This document shows positions 8,806-18,200 of a stretch of DNA of 18,700 nt, in pieces; the first letter of the stretch is position 1; every line of letters starts with the position of its first letter. Below the pieces are notes generated by a model. The model made no database searches. It worked only from the letters and a program-made list of their open reading frames with translations, and was not told where the DNA came from. The translations under genes and the position numbers were made by a program. This DNA comes from a candidate division WOR-3 bacterium (GTDB taxonomy: Bacteria; Hydrothermota; Tepidihabitantia; Tepidihabitantales; Tepidihabitantaceae). The stretch covers positions 1-18,700 of the forward strand of contig CBFGIY010000050.1 of the NCBI GenBank assembly GCA_965648935.1. The letters run 5' to 3'.

Positions 8806-9405
8806 CTACGACTTCCTGAAGAGGCTGGCTATTCGAGACGGCTGAGCAGTGAGCGAGAACGTCCATCCATTGCGGCGGCAATCCGTTGTGTTATGGTCGC
8901 TTGAGTAGTCGAACCGTATGTAGTCTCGATAGCCGAGTCCGACACCCCACGTGAAGCTTCCTGCTTTGAACTCCGAGATCCTCGGGTCCGTGATGGCCCT
9001 TATGATGCCGGCTCTGCGTGTCGCCCCGGTGTCATCGACAACTAGGAGTCCACCCCTAGATGCGGATACGTCCTCAAAGTAGCCGAAACGCAGCCAGCAC
9101 ACGTCCAGCACCGTGAGTTCCACTCCTCCGGCAGATTGGAGACCACTAAGATAGCTTTCATCTAGCATCGTGAAGGTCGGTGCTTCGCCGGCCGTCGACC
9201 AGTTTCCGCCGCCGTTGGAGTCCGTGCGTTTGGGGATCAGCCACTCAAACTGCACGGGCGTCGTCAACTTGATTGGCCCCCACGCTGGGGAGGTGTAGCA
9301 CACGCCAACTCTCAGAGTAGTAGGTAGCGGTGAGCATTGTTCACGTTTCTCGGAGAGGTCTTGGGCGGGCTGAATCTGCGCCTGCGGGCCTGGGGGCGCG
9401 GACTG
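8806..9405 (-). pseudogene. N-terminally truncated PorV/PorQ-family paralog (C-terminal half of the barrel only)
   Basis: Aligns by eye with the C-terminal half of 2020-3132: 'GGVE...LRFGYFEDVSASRGG...SEFKAGSFTWGVGLGY..IRFDYS.D' vs 'FGVE...ARVGYFEDLDGQRGG...GEFKSIGLTFGGGLEY.RFKFDIS.D'. In-frame sequence upstream of the called GTG ('SPLPTTLRVGVCY') matches 'DPLPRMLRIGATY'. The frame closes at TGA 9408-9406 with no signal peptide. GC is lower than in the flanks. Confidence 0.7.
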
Positions 9406-9444
9406 TCAAGGCCGCATTTTCCTGTGGCGCTGAGGGCCAAAGGA

Positions 9445-9453
9445 TGGTAGAAT
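9445..9453 (+). promoter_or_regulatory. Possible extended -10 promoter (TGn-TAGAAT) for the polysaccharide operon
   Basis: TGGTAGAAT ends 8 nt before ATG 9462. No clear -35 or SD is visible. Confidence 0.4.
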
Positions 9454-9461
9454 GCGCTACA

Positions 9462-11324
9462 ATGTCCAGACGGCATATCACGATGTATCTCTGTGTCGCC
9501 GCGGCCGTGCTGTGGACGCTGGCCTGTTCGGGAAGGGGCAGGCAGTCCGGCAACGCGGGTGCGGGCGATGCCTTGGTGTATCCGCGCGTGCTGTTTCTGA
9601 CCACGGGCTCGGACGGGCTGGGGCTGCTGCCCTCCGGCGCCAACATCTGTCTTGAGACGTTCAACGGGCTGGGCGCTTTCGCCGAGGTCGCGGACAAGTC
9701 GGTGCTGCTGGAGCGCGCGCGGCTGGATTCGGTGCGCATCATCGTCGCGCCCACCATCGCGGGGTACCACGACGGGGACCGCGTCTTCTCCCTTTCGTTC
9801 CTGGACAGCGCCGCTATGGCGAATCTCTCCGAGTGGGTTCGCGCGGGCGGCATCCTTGTCGCGGGCGAGAACGTCGGCCGCAACACGGTTGAGGGCGAGG
9901 ACCGCGCCGTTTCCGGCGGTGTGGTCGATGCTTCGGAATGGCCCCTCGCGGCGGTGTTCGGCTACTCGATGCGCGAGGTGGATTTGACCGGGTTCCGGAT
10001 GGTGAAGGACTCGGCCGCCGGTCTGCTCGACGGGTATCGCACCGAGCTCACGCGGACGTTTGTTGGTGACTGGCTGCTGGTGCCGGCGGAGTCCGCCGGC
10101 GCTTTTCGGACGCTGGCGCGCTGGACCGACGGCAGGACCAGCTACCCGGCCGTAACTGCCAACCAGTGGGGCCGGGGCTGGGGGATACTCGTGCCGCATT
10201 TCCTGCTGCTCCAGCCGTCGATTGACGGCGGGGCCGGCGATGCGGCGGCGATTGCCGGGTTCTGGCGCGGTGTGTTCGCGCTGGCGCTGGGCGACGGACC
10301 GGGCGTCTGCATCAATCCCTGGCCCGGAGCCTATCGCAGTGTGCTCGCCGTGACGGTCAATGAGACGGGCGGCGACGGCGCCGGCCAAGGGCCGAGGGCG
10401 ATGCTGGCCGAGCTGCTGCGCGCCGGGGGGATGGAGCGGGTCACGGTTTTCGCAACCGGGCTCGTGCCGGGGACGGTGCTGGAATACCTCAAGGGCGACC
10501 GGCGAGTCGAGCTGGCCAGCCTGAGCTTCCGGCACCCGCGGTTCTCGGAACTTGACTACTGCCGGACGCTCTGGGAGCTGGCCCGGTTCGAGGACCACGT
10601 GCGCACGCCGGTGCGCGGGTTTCGCTTTCCGTACAGCAACCGTACCGCGGCCGGGATGTTTATACTGTCCCGGCGCGGCTACAAGTACGAGTCGTCGGTT
10701 TTCGTGGATCACGCGACCGGGTATGCCGGCGCGCTGTTCCCCTACAACATCCCGACGTGGGTGCGTGACCAGTATTGCCTGGTCACGGGCGTGCTCGAAC
10801 TATCGCCGGCCGTCGAGGACTGGAGCTTCTTCGGCGCCGGCGCGCTGTCGCCAACCTACCCCGCGGCGGCGCAGGAACAGGACGCGCAGCGTTTCGGGGC
10901 ACGGCTCGAGTCAATGTGGCGCGAGGTTGTGCGGCCTCGGCGCGGGATGATGGTGCTGAACTTGCACTCCGCGTACTCCGGCTACTCGACCGCGACCCTC
11001 GCTCCGGCCCGGTCATTTGTCGCCGATGCGGCCGCCAGGGGCGATGCGTGGCTGGCCGGGCTGGAGGACATGGCTGACTGGTGGAACGCCCGGCGGAACG
11101 TTGTGGTGAGCGTGCGGGCGCAGAAGGACCGCACCGTGCTGAGTCTAATCAATCGTAATCCCGAACCCGTGCGCGGCCTGACCATACGGCTCGATGACCC
11201 ATCGCTGAACGTGACGGCGCGCGGCGTGACCCTGCGCCGGGTCGAACGCACTGAGGAAGACGGGGCTTTTGTATATCTGACGTTTGACCTCGCGACTGCC
11301 GGCGAGGTGGAGGTCTACCGATGA
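9462..11324 (+). CDS. Lipoprotein with N-terminal class-I glutamine-amidotransferase-like region and C-terminal degenerate polysaccharide deacetylase (CE4/NodB-like) domain
   Basis: Signal II 'MSRRHITMYLCVAAAVLWTLA-C'. 'LSEWVRAGGILV' and 'WGRGWG' are GATase1-like. CE4-like scaffold 'PWPG..SVLAVTVNE', 'TVF..G', 'ELASLSFRH', 'GFRFPY', 'GYKYESS', 'LNLH'. Confidence 0.7.
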   Translation: MSRRHITMYLCVAAAVLWTLACSGRGRQSGNAGAGDALVYPRVLFLTTGSDGLGLLPSGANICLETFNGLGAFAEVADKSVLLERARLDSVRIIVAPTIAGYHDGDRVFSLSFLDSAAMANLSEWVRAGGILVAGENVGRNTVEGEDRAVSGGVVDASEWPLAAVFGYSMREVDLTGFRMVKDSAAGLLDGYRTELTRTFVGDWLLVPAESAGAFRTLARWTDGRTSYPAVTANQWGRGWGILVPHFLLLQPSIDGGAGDAAAIAGFWRGVFALALGDGPGVCINPWPGAYRSVLAVTVNETGGDGAGQGPRAMLAELLRAGGMERVTVFATGLVPGTVLEYLKGDRRVELASLSFRHPRFSELDYCRTLWELARFEDHVRTPVRGFRFPYSNRTAAGMFILSRRGYKYESSVFVDHATGYAGALFPYNIPTWVRDQYCLVTGVLELSPAVEDWSFFGAGALSPTYPAAAQEQDAQRFGARLESMWREVVRPRRGMMVLNLHSAYSGYSTATLAPARSFVADAAARGDAWLAGLEDMADWWNARRNVVVSVRAQKDRTVLSLINRNPEPVRGLTIRLDDPSLNVTARGVTLRRVERTEEDGAFVYLTFDLATAGEVEVYR

Positions 11325-11995
11325 TGTCTGGAGAGGTTGCTCTGCGCCGCTGGGCCGCTGTCCTGCTGTCTGCGGCAATCGGCCTGTTTGCGGCGGGCTG
11401 CGCCGACCTGACCTATGACGCCACGCCGCCGTATGTGGCCGTGCTGTATCCGGTGAGCTGGAGCACGTTCGGGCAGGACACGATCGTCATCCGGGCCGAC
11501 GCTTACGACAATCGCAGGCTCGAGCGCGTCGTGTTTTTCGCCGACGGGGAGAGCATCGCCGCGGTTGCGGCCGCGCCGTTCACGGCGCGGTGGTACCCCG
11601 ATACGCTCGGCGGTCACACGGTCCACTGCGTCGCCCGGGACGAGGCGGGCAACGAGGCGCACACGCCGCCCGTGATCGTGACCATCGCCGCGAACGCCCC
11701 CCTGCCTGATCGCGAGCCGCCGTACGTCGCGGTGGTCAGGCCGGCGTCGTGGTCCGTGGTGAGCGATACGGTGCGGGTCGAGGCCATCGCTTCGGACAAC
11801 CGGGGAGTGAGCGAAGTGGCGTTCTTCCTGGACGGTGACTCGCTGGCCGTGACGCGGTCCGCGCCCTGGATTCACTACTGGGACAGCCGCTCGGTCACCG
11901 ACGGCTATCACACCATCTACGCTGCGGGATCGGACTCGAGCGGCAACCGCGCCTACTCGTTTGTCGTCACGGTCGACGTGCGTAACGCGCGCTAG
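11321..11995 (+). CDS. Lipoprotein with two tandem bacterial Ig-like (Big_7-type) domains
   Basis: Lipobox 'FAAG-C'. Two repeats of 'D..PPYVAV..P.SWS...DT....A.A.DN.....V.FF.DG.......AP....W.......HT......D..GN'. ATGA overlap with the upstream stop. Confidence 0.8.
   Translation: MMSGEVALRRWAAVLLSAAIGLFAAGCADLTYDATPPYVAVLYPVSWSTFGQDTIVIRADAYDNRRLERVVFFADGESIAAVAAAPFTARWYPDTLGGHTVHCVARDEAGNEAHTPPVIVTIAANAPLPDREPPYVAVVRPASWSVVSDTVRVEAIASDNRGVSEVAFFLDGDSLAVTRSAPWIHYWDSRSVTDGYHTIYAAGSDSSGNRAYSFVVTVDVRNAR
11417..11985 (+). repeat. Two ~95-aa Ig-like repeats (starting near 11417 and 11708)
   Basis: DATPPYVAVLYPVSWS vs DREPPYVAVVRPASWS; VFFADGESIA vs AFFLDGDSLA; ARDEAGN vs GSDSSGN. Confidence 0.75.
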
Positions 11996-12010
11996 AGGCC
12001 GCTCCGACTG

Positions 12011-13462
12011 ATGGCCCTGCGCGTCGCGGTTGATCTGCTGGCAATCTACTTCGGCATTGACGTTCTGCTCAACATCGTCTTTCTCGTCGTGTTCCTGGTG
12101 GTGTTCCGCCGGCCGGCGCCGCCCGTGCCCGAACCGGGCAGCGATGCCGGCGTCGCGCTGCTGGTGCCGGCGCACAATGAGGCCGCGACCGCGGTTGAGA
12201 GCGTGCGTTCCCTGCTCGCGCTGGACTACCCGCTGTTCGAGGTGATCGTCATCAACGACGGTTCGACCGACACGACGCTGGCGGTGTTGAGCCGGGCATT
12301 CGACTTGCGGCCGGCCCCGACCGTCTATCAGGACGCGCTCGGCACGGCGCCGGTCAGCCAGGTTTTCGTTTCGGGCTCGGACTCGCGGCTGCGGGTAGTG
12401 GACAAGCCCAACTCGGGCAAGGCCGATTCGCTGAACGTCGGGCTTGCGCTGACAGCGATGCCGCTGGTCGTCACGCTGGACTCCGATTCGCTGCTCGCGC
12501 CGTCTGCCCTGAGCCGGCTGGCCGGGCTTTTCCGCTCGCGCAACGCCGCGGCGGCGGGCGGCCTGATCACTGCGGCCAACGGTGCGCAGGTCGAGTTCGG
12601 CAGGGTCGTCTTCGCGATGCTGCCGCGGCAGGCGCTGGTGATGTTCCAGCTCGTCGAATATCTGATGTCCTACACCGTCGGCCGCATCGCCCAGTCCGCG
12701 GCCGGCGCCCTGATGGTGCTCTCGGGCGCGTTCACGATGTTCGACCGCAAGCTCCTTATGGAGTGCGGCGGCTTCCTGACGCGCAACAACCGGCACGACT
12801 ACATACGGAGCATCACGCGCGGCCGTCCGAAGGGCACCGTCTGCGAGGATATGGAAGTGATCGTCCGCCTGCACCGCTACACGCGCGAGAAGAAGCTGCG
12901 GCGGCCGGTCGTGTTCGACCCGTGGCCGGTTGCCTGGACCGAGGTGCCTTCGCGCCTCGGCCAGCTGGCCCGGCAGCGCAACCGCTGGCAGCGCGGCCTT
13001 CTTGAATCGCTGGCTCTGCATCGTTCGATGTGGTTCGAGCCGGCTTACGGCGCAGCCGGGTTGCTCGGCGTGCCCTACCAGCTGCTGTACGTTGCCGTCG
13101 CGCCGCTGGCCCAGGTCGCGGGACTGGCCCTGCTGGTGTGGCTGGCGGCGTCGGGCGAGGCGAATGTCTGGTGGCTTGTGGGAGCGCTGGGCGCGACCGC
13201 GCTGGGCGGTGGGGCGATTGCCGCGCTGGTGACGACCGCGGTCGAGCGCCGGTTCGCGCACCAGTCGAAAGTCAACGTCGAGGCGATGCGCTATCGCACT
13301 TTCCGGGACTGGCTGCGGCTGGTCGGCTACGCGATGGCGAGCGGGCCGGTGTACGGGCCGCTGCGCGCCGCCTTCCAGCTCTGGGGCACCTGGGACTGGC
13401 TCGCGGGCCAGAAGTCGTGGTACAAGTTCGAGCGCACCGGCTTCGGCAAGGCGGCATCGTGA
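12011..13462 (+). CDS. Membrane-integral processive GT2 glycosyltransferase (PgaC/IcaA/chitin- or hyaluronan-synthase-like)
   Basis: N-terminal TM helix, 'LVPAHNE', 'INDGSTD', 'GKADSLNVG', DxD 'LDSDS', 'TVCED' (12836-12850), 'QRNRW' (12974-12988) and C-terminal TM helices. Confidence 0.9.
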   Translation: MALRVAVDLLAIYFGIDVLLNIVFLVVFLVVFRRPAPPVPEPGSDAGVALLVPAHNEAATAVESVRSLLALDYPLFEVIVINDGSTDTTLAVLSRAFDLRPAPTVYQDALGTAPVSQVFVSGSDSRLRVVDKPNSGKADSLNVGLALTAMPLVVTLDSDSLLAPSALSRLAGLFRSRNAAAAGGLITAANGAQVEFGRVVFAMLPRQALVMFQLVEYLMSYTVGRIAQSAAGALMVLSGAFTMFDRKLLMECGGFLTRNNRHDYIRSITRGRPKGTVCEDMEVIVRLHRYTREKKLRRPVVFDPWPVAWTEVPSRLGQLARQRNRWQRGLLESLALHRSMWFEPAYGAAGLLGVPYQLLYVAVAPLAQVAGLALLVWLAASGEANVWWLVGALGATALGGGAIAALVTTAVERRFAHQSKVNVEAMRYRTFRDWLRLVGYAMASGPVYGPLRAAFQLWGTWDWLAGQKSWYKFERTGFGKAAS

Positions 13463-15225
13463 TTGCGCTCCTGCTGGCCCTGCTCTCGGTCGAGCCGATA
13501 AGCATCGCTGAAGTGCACCGGCTGGTTGAGGCCGGGCAGGCCGGGGACGCGCTCGAGCGCATCGCGGCCGCGGCTCAGGCCAATCCGGCAGACGTGCCCC
13601 TGCAGAAGGCGCTGGCCCTGGTCCTGCGCTCGATCGGCGAGACCGACTCGGCAGTGGCAATCTACGACCGGCTGATCGCGGCGGATCCGGCCGACGATGA
13701 CGCGCGTGCCGGCCGGGAAATCGCGCTGGCACTGCGGCCGGCGCCGCCGGAACCGGCAGTCAGCGTTGCCGAGGTGCACGAGATGGTCAACGCGGGCCGG
13801 GCTGATGAGGCGCTGGAGCGCATCGAAGCGGCCGCGCGCGCAGCCCCAGCGGACAGAGCCCTGCAGAAGGCGCTCGCCCTGGCACTGCGGAGCGCGGGGG
13901 GGCTGGATTCGGCCATCTCGGTCTACGACCGGCTGATCGCGGCGGACCCGGCCGATGACGACGCGCGGCTGGGCAAGGCGATTGCGCTGTCGTGGCAGAA
14001 CCGGCTTGGCGAGGCAGAGGCGACCTATGCCGAAGTCGGTCCGGGCAGCGCGGAGTACTTCGAGGCGCTGCTCGGCAGGGCGCAGGTTGCGGCGTGGGCG
14101 GACCGGCACTCGGACGCTTTGCGCTGGCTGGCCGAGGCCGCGGCGCTGGACCCGTCAAGCCGCATCGTGCAACAGCGGCGGGCTCAGGTGCTCTCGTGGT
14201 CCGGCGATCATGCGAAAGCGATCCGGCTCTACGAGCGACTGCTCGAGCAGTCGCCGGGTAACGCCGACCTCTGGTTCGGGCTCGGACAGAACCACGAATG
14301 GACCGAGCGGCCGGCAGCGGCCCGGCACTTCTACCAGCGGGCGCTTGAGCTGGCGCCGGGGCGCAGGGAGTTCGCTGAGGCGTTCGCGCGCGCCCGGGCG
14401 GCCGCCGCGCCGCGGGTGCGGCTCGAGGCCGCGAGCGCGGCCGACTTCGACGGCGAGGTACAGGGCGCCTACCGCGACTACCGGCTGCGCTATGAGCACC
14501 GGGCCTGGGACCGGCTGGTTCCGAGCGCGTCGGTCGCGGTGTCGAGCAACCGCCGGGGCGCGCTGGGGCGGGACTACCTGCTGGTGCGCGGAGCCATCCT
14601 GTGGAGGCCGCTGTCGTGGCTGCGCGTCACCGGCCAGGCGCAGGGCGACGCGCTGCAATTCGGCTTCAAGAGCGCCACGCTGGGCTGGGAAGCGGAGCGT
14701 GCCTGGCTGTCGTGGTCGGGCGAGGCGGGGCGAGTGCTGTTTGAGCCGGCGCAGGACATCGGCGCGATCTCGGGCTGGACCGCGCTTGCCCTGCGACCGC
14801 TCGCGCGCCTGCGGCTTGATGCCCGGATCACGCGGTTGCGGGTCACGCGCGACGGCAATGTCAAGACCGCGCTGGCGGCTGGGGCAGGGTACGACATCAT
14901 CGCCCGGCCGCGCGTCGCGGTCAGCTACAACTTCAGCTACGACGACTTCGCCGCGAGGTCGCCGCTGTACTACTCTCCTCAGGACCTGGTCACCAACACG
15001 CTTGGTCTGGGTGTTCGGCTGCGCCGGGACCGTTGGGGCCTGTCGGCCGAAGCGGCCGGCGGCCTGAATGCCGACGAGGAGTGGGTTGCGCGCGCCAATG
15101 CGGCGTTCGACTGGGAGTTCCTGCCCAGGACGATTGCGGCGCTGGACGGCAGTTTCGCGCGGACCGCGGGCAGGGGGCAGTATGTCTATGGCAGCATCGG
15201 GCTGTCGGTCAGCCGCGCGTTCTAG
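13459..15225 (+). CDS. TPR-repeat protein with C-terminal outer-membrane beta-barrel (PgaA/YaiO/BcsC-type polysaccharide export porin)
   Basis: GTG start overlaps the GT2 stop (GTGA). Short hydrophobic N-terminus. TPRs with 'LSWQNR...A...Y' and 'LSWSGD...A...Y..LL...P.N'. The C-terminal ~270 aa show alternating beta-strands, 'YYSPQ' and a terminal Phe (VSRAF). Confidence 0.75.
   Translation: MIALLLALLSVEPISIAEVHRLVEAGQAGDALERIAAAAQANPADVPLQKALALVLRSIGETDSAVAIYDRLIAADPADDDARAGREIALALRPAPPEPAVSVAEVHEMVNAGRADEALERIEAAARAAPADRALQKALALALRSAGGLDSAISVYDRLIAADPADDDARLGKAIALSWQNRLGEAEATYAEVGPGSAEYFEALLGRAQVAAWADRHSDALRWLAEAAALDPSSRIVQQRRAQVLSWSGDHAKAIRLYERLLEQSPGNADLWFGLGQNHEWTERPAAARHFYQRALELAPGRREFAEAFARARAAAAPRVRLEAASAADFDGEVQGAYRDYRLRYEHRAWDRLVPSASVAVSSNRRGALGRDYLLVRGAILWRPLSWLRVTGQAQGDALQFGFKSATLGWEAERAWLSWSGEAGRVLFEPAQDIGAISGWTALALRPLARLRLDARITRLRVTRDGNVKTALAAGAGYDIIARPRVAVSYNFSYDDFAARSPLYYSPQDLVTNTLGLGVRLRRDRWGLSAEAAGGLNADEEWVARANAAFDWEFLPRTIAALDGSFARTAGRGQYVYGSIGLSVSRAF
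13492..13990 (+). repeat. Internal tandem duplication of 87 codons (261-nt period) in the TPR region
   Basis: TCTACGACCGGCTGATCGCGGCGGA occurs at 13661 and 13922. The protein repeat 'AEVH..V.AG.A..ALERI.AAA.A.PAD..LQKALAL.LRS.G..DSA...YDRLIAADPADDDAR.G..IAL' occurs twice. Confidence 0.85.
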
Positions 15226-15226
15226 C

Positions 15227-18200
15227 ATGCACGGAAAGTACTTTGTCATCGGGCTGCTGGTTGCCGGGCTTGTTGCTCTTGTGATTCTGCTGGCGCGGGT
15301 TGAGCGTCGTCTGTCCCGGCCCCGCGTGGTGGAAGTGACTGAACCCGCAGTGCCCGATGTCGATATCAGGGCGACGCGCGAGGAGATCGAGGTGGCCGCC
15401 GCGCGCGCTCGAGTCCTCTTCCGCTGCAACGGGGATGAGTTCGAGCGGCTTGCCGTGACGAGCAACACGCGCGGCGAGAAGACCGAAGCGTGGCAGAGAC
15501 TCTTCGTGGTGGGCGCGAACCTGGGCGTTGCGCTACCCGGGCATTACCCGACCGAGTTCGGCGCGGGCCGCGAAGACTACGGCCGCTGGTTGGAGCAGAT
15601 GGGCGAGGCCGGGTTCAATGTCGTGCGCGCCTACACGATCCTGCCGCCCGAGTTCTACGAGGCGCTGGCGCAGCACAACTTCCGCAACTCGGGACGGCCG
15701 GTGTACCTGATGCAGGGCATATGGGCCGAAGCGCCTGACTCGTTCGACCTTCTTGACCCGAGCTACACGCGCGCGCTGAAAGCGGAGATACGCGACGCGG
15801 TTGATGCGATTGCCGGCCGGCTGGTGCGCGAGCCGCGGCCCGGTCACGCCTCGGGCGCCTGGTCGGCTGATGTGTCGGCGTTCACTATCGGGTACCTGTT
15901 CGGCCGCGAGTGGGAGCCCGAGGTTGTCGAGGCGACGGATACGACGCACCGCTCGACGCGCCGGCACAGCGGCCTGATGTTCAGCGTGCCCGAGGGCAGC
16001 CCGACCGAGGTGTGGCTGGCCGGGATGCTGGACTACCTGTGCCAGTACGAGGCGATCACCTACGGGACCCAGCATCCGGTCGGGTTCGTCAACTGGCTTC
16101 CGGTCGACCCGCTGTATCACTCTTCCGAGCACTCGGGCAAGGGACCGGTGTACGCCTTCGACAACGACTTCGTCACGCTGGACCCGATGCGCCTGCACAC
16201 TACGCCGGCGCAGCGGGCCGGTCAGTTCGCCGCTTATCACGTCTACCCGTACTATCCGGATTTCATGTTCCTCGAGCCGAGGTACCGCGAGTACCGCAAC
16301 TCGCACGGCGAGCCGGACAACTACGCGGGCTACGTGGCCGACCTGAAGCGACACCACGCGGGTGTGCCGCTGCTCATCGCCGAGTTCGGGGTGCCGTCCT
16401 CGCGGGGCAATTCCCATCACAACGGGCTTGGCATGGACCACGGGGGTCACGATGAGTCCGAGCAGGCGCGCATCAACCTGGCGATGCTTCGGGCCATCCA
16501 CGACGAGGGGTGCGCGGGCGGCATCGTTTTCGCCTGGCTCGACGAGTGGTTCAAGCGCAACTGGCTGGTCGACGAGTTCGCGGTGCCGGCTGACCGGGTG
16601 CGGCTCTGGCACAACGTGCAGAACCCGGAGCAGTGCTACGGGATGGTCAAGTTCGGACGCGAGCTGGTCACGGTCGACGGCGAAACCGGGGACTGGCCGG
16701 GCAAGCCGGTCGCGCGCGGCTCGGGCGCGGTGCGCGCGCTGTGGCTGTCGTCGGACGAGGAGTATTGCTACCTGAGGCTGGACCTCGAGCGCACTCCGGA
16801 CTGGGGACGCCAGTCTGTCGGGATCGCCGTCGATACCTACGACCCGAGGCTCGGCTCAAGCCGTCTCGGACCGGCCGGGCCTGACTGCGCCAATGGGGTC
16901 GAGTTTCTCATAATGCTGCGCGACACCGCAGACGCCGAGGTGCTTGTGGACTCGGGCTATTCGGTGTTCTCCGACCCGCGGGAATCCTGGCGGCGTGCCC
17001 TGCGTACGGTCGCCAACCGGGAAGGTCGTTTCATCACGCAGCGGCTGATGTGCAATCACGTGCGCTTCACGGCGCTGGGCGAGAGCATCCCGCCGGTCGA
17101 GACCGAGTTCGGCCGACTGAGATGGGGACGCTCAGACATCAGCTCGCTGGCCGACTGGTACGAGCGAAACGGAACGGTCGAGCTGCGCATCCCGTGGGCG
17201 CTCTTCAACGTGTCGGACCCGTCGAGCCACCAGGTCCTGCAGGACGACCCGGCCACCGACGGTGTTGAGTCGGTTGCGACGAACGGTCTCGCACTGTCGG
17301 CTTTCATCATCGAGGGCGACGAGCCGGGCGGCCGGCTCGTCGCGACCCTGCCTCCGGCCAAGGGCGGCAAGCTGCAGTTCACGCAGCGCTGGCGCTGGCC
17401 GGGTTGGGACACACCACAATACACCGAGCGGCTCAAGCGCAGTTACCACGACTTCGCGGCCGGCCTGGGCCAGGCGCTGGCCGACTCGCCGACGCGGCAG
17501 GCGAAACTCGACCGGCTGGCGGGCAAGCCCGCTCCCGTGGTTGCCGTCCGGATCGCGCCCTTCCGGGGCGATGCGCCGGGTGCGGTGTCGGTCACCTTCG
17601 ACGACGGCTCCTACGATCAGTACGCGCAGGCCGCGCCGGTGCTCGACCGCTACGGATTCAAGGCCAACTTCGGGCTGGTCGCGGACTGGACCGGGGCCGA
17701 CGCGGACTGGCACGCGGAGGAGGACGGCATTCCCATCAGGCGGCTGGGGATTCCCGAGGCGAAGGAACTGCTCGCGCGCGGGCACCGCATCTCGGGTCAC
17801 GGCGGGTGCCACGACCCGGATCTGCCGCGGCTGGACCCGGCGCGGGCCGCGCAGGACGCGCTCAATTGCGCGGCGGCGCTGGAACGCGCGCTGGGCGAGC
17901 CGCCGCGCGCTTTCCACTATCCGTACAGCGCGGTCAGCCCGCAGCTCGTTGCGGCGGTGCGCGCGGCCGGATTCTGGTTCGGCCGCACAGCCGGCGAGCT
18001 GCACAACGAGCCGACCGGGTTCGACCGCTACCGGCTCAACAGCTTTGCGTTCTACAACGACACGTTGCCGGGATTGCGCGAGTTCGTCCGTACCATCGAA
18101 GAGGGCCGCGGGAAGTGGACGGTGCTGCTGCACCATCGCATCCTCGAAGCCGACTCCAAGGAACTCGAGGCGATGGAGCGGCACGGCGTGGCTCACACGT

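Noticed and set aside
8806..9405. PorV fragment as a DGR template or gene-conversion cassette for 2020-3132
   Set aside because: There is no reverse transcriptase in the window. The nucleotide differences are extensive and not adenine-specific, and similarity is mainly at protein level.
9404..9409. Perfect TTGACA on the minus strand
   Set aside because: No -10-like hexamer lies 16-18 nt downstream (the sequence there is CGCAGG).
11315..13732. 805-aa minus-strand ORF and other long antisense or alternate-frame ORFs (e.g. 1984-2958, 3118-4290, 5203-6426, 9312-10712, 14155-15468)
   Set aside because: These are shadow ORFs expected in high-GC DNA opposite well-supported genes, and they have no recognisable motifs.
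12011..15225. Naming these genes pgaC/pgaA or bcsA/bcsC
   Set aside because: The motifs support family-level calls only. There is no PgaD, BcsB or PilZ domain, so orthology is not established.
9330..15226. Upstream starts at 9330, 13030 and 15068
   Set aside because: They would bury the signal or TM sequences and overlap neighbouring features. Starts at 9462, 13459 and 15227 give export signals, and the latter two give tight coupling.
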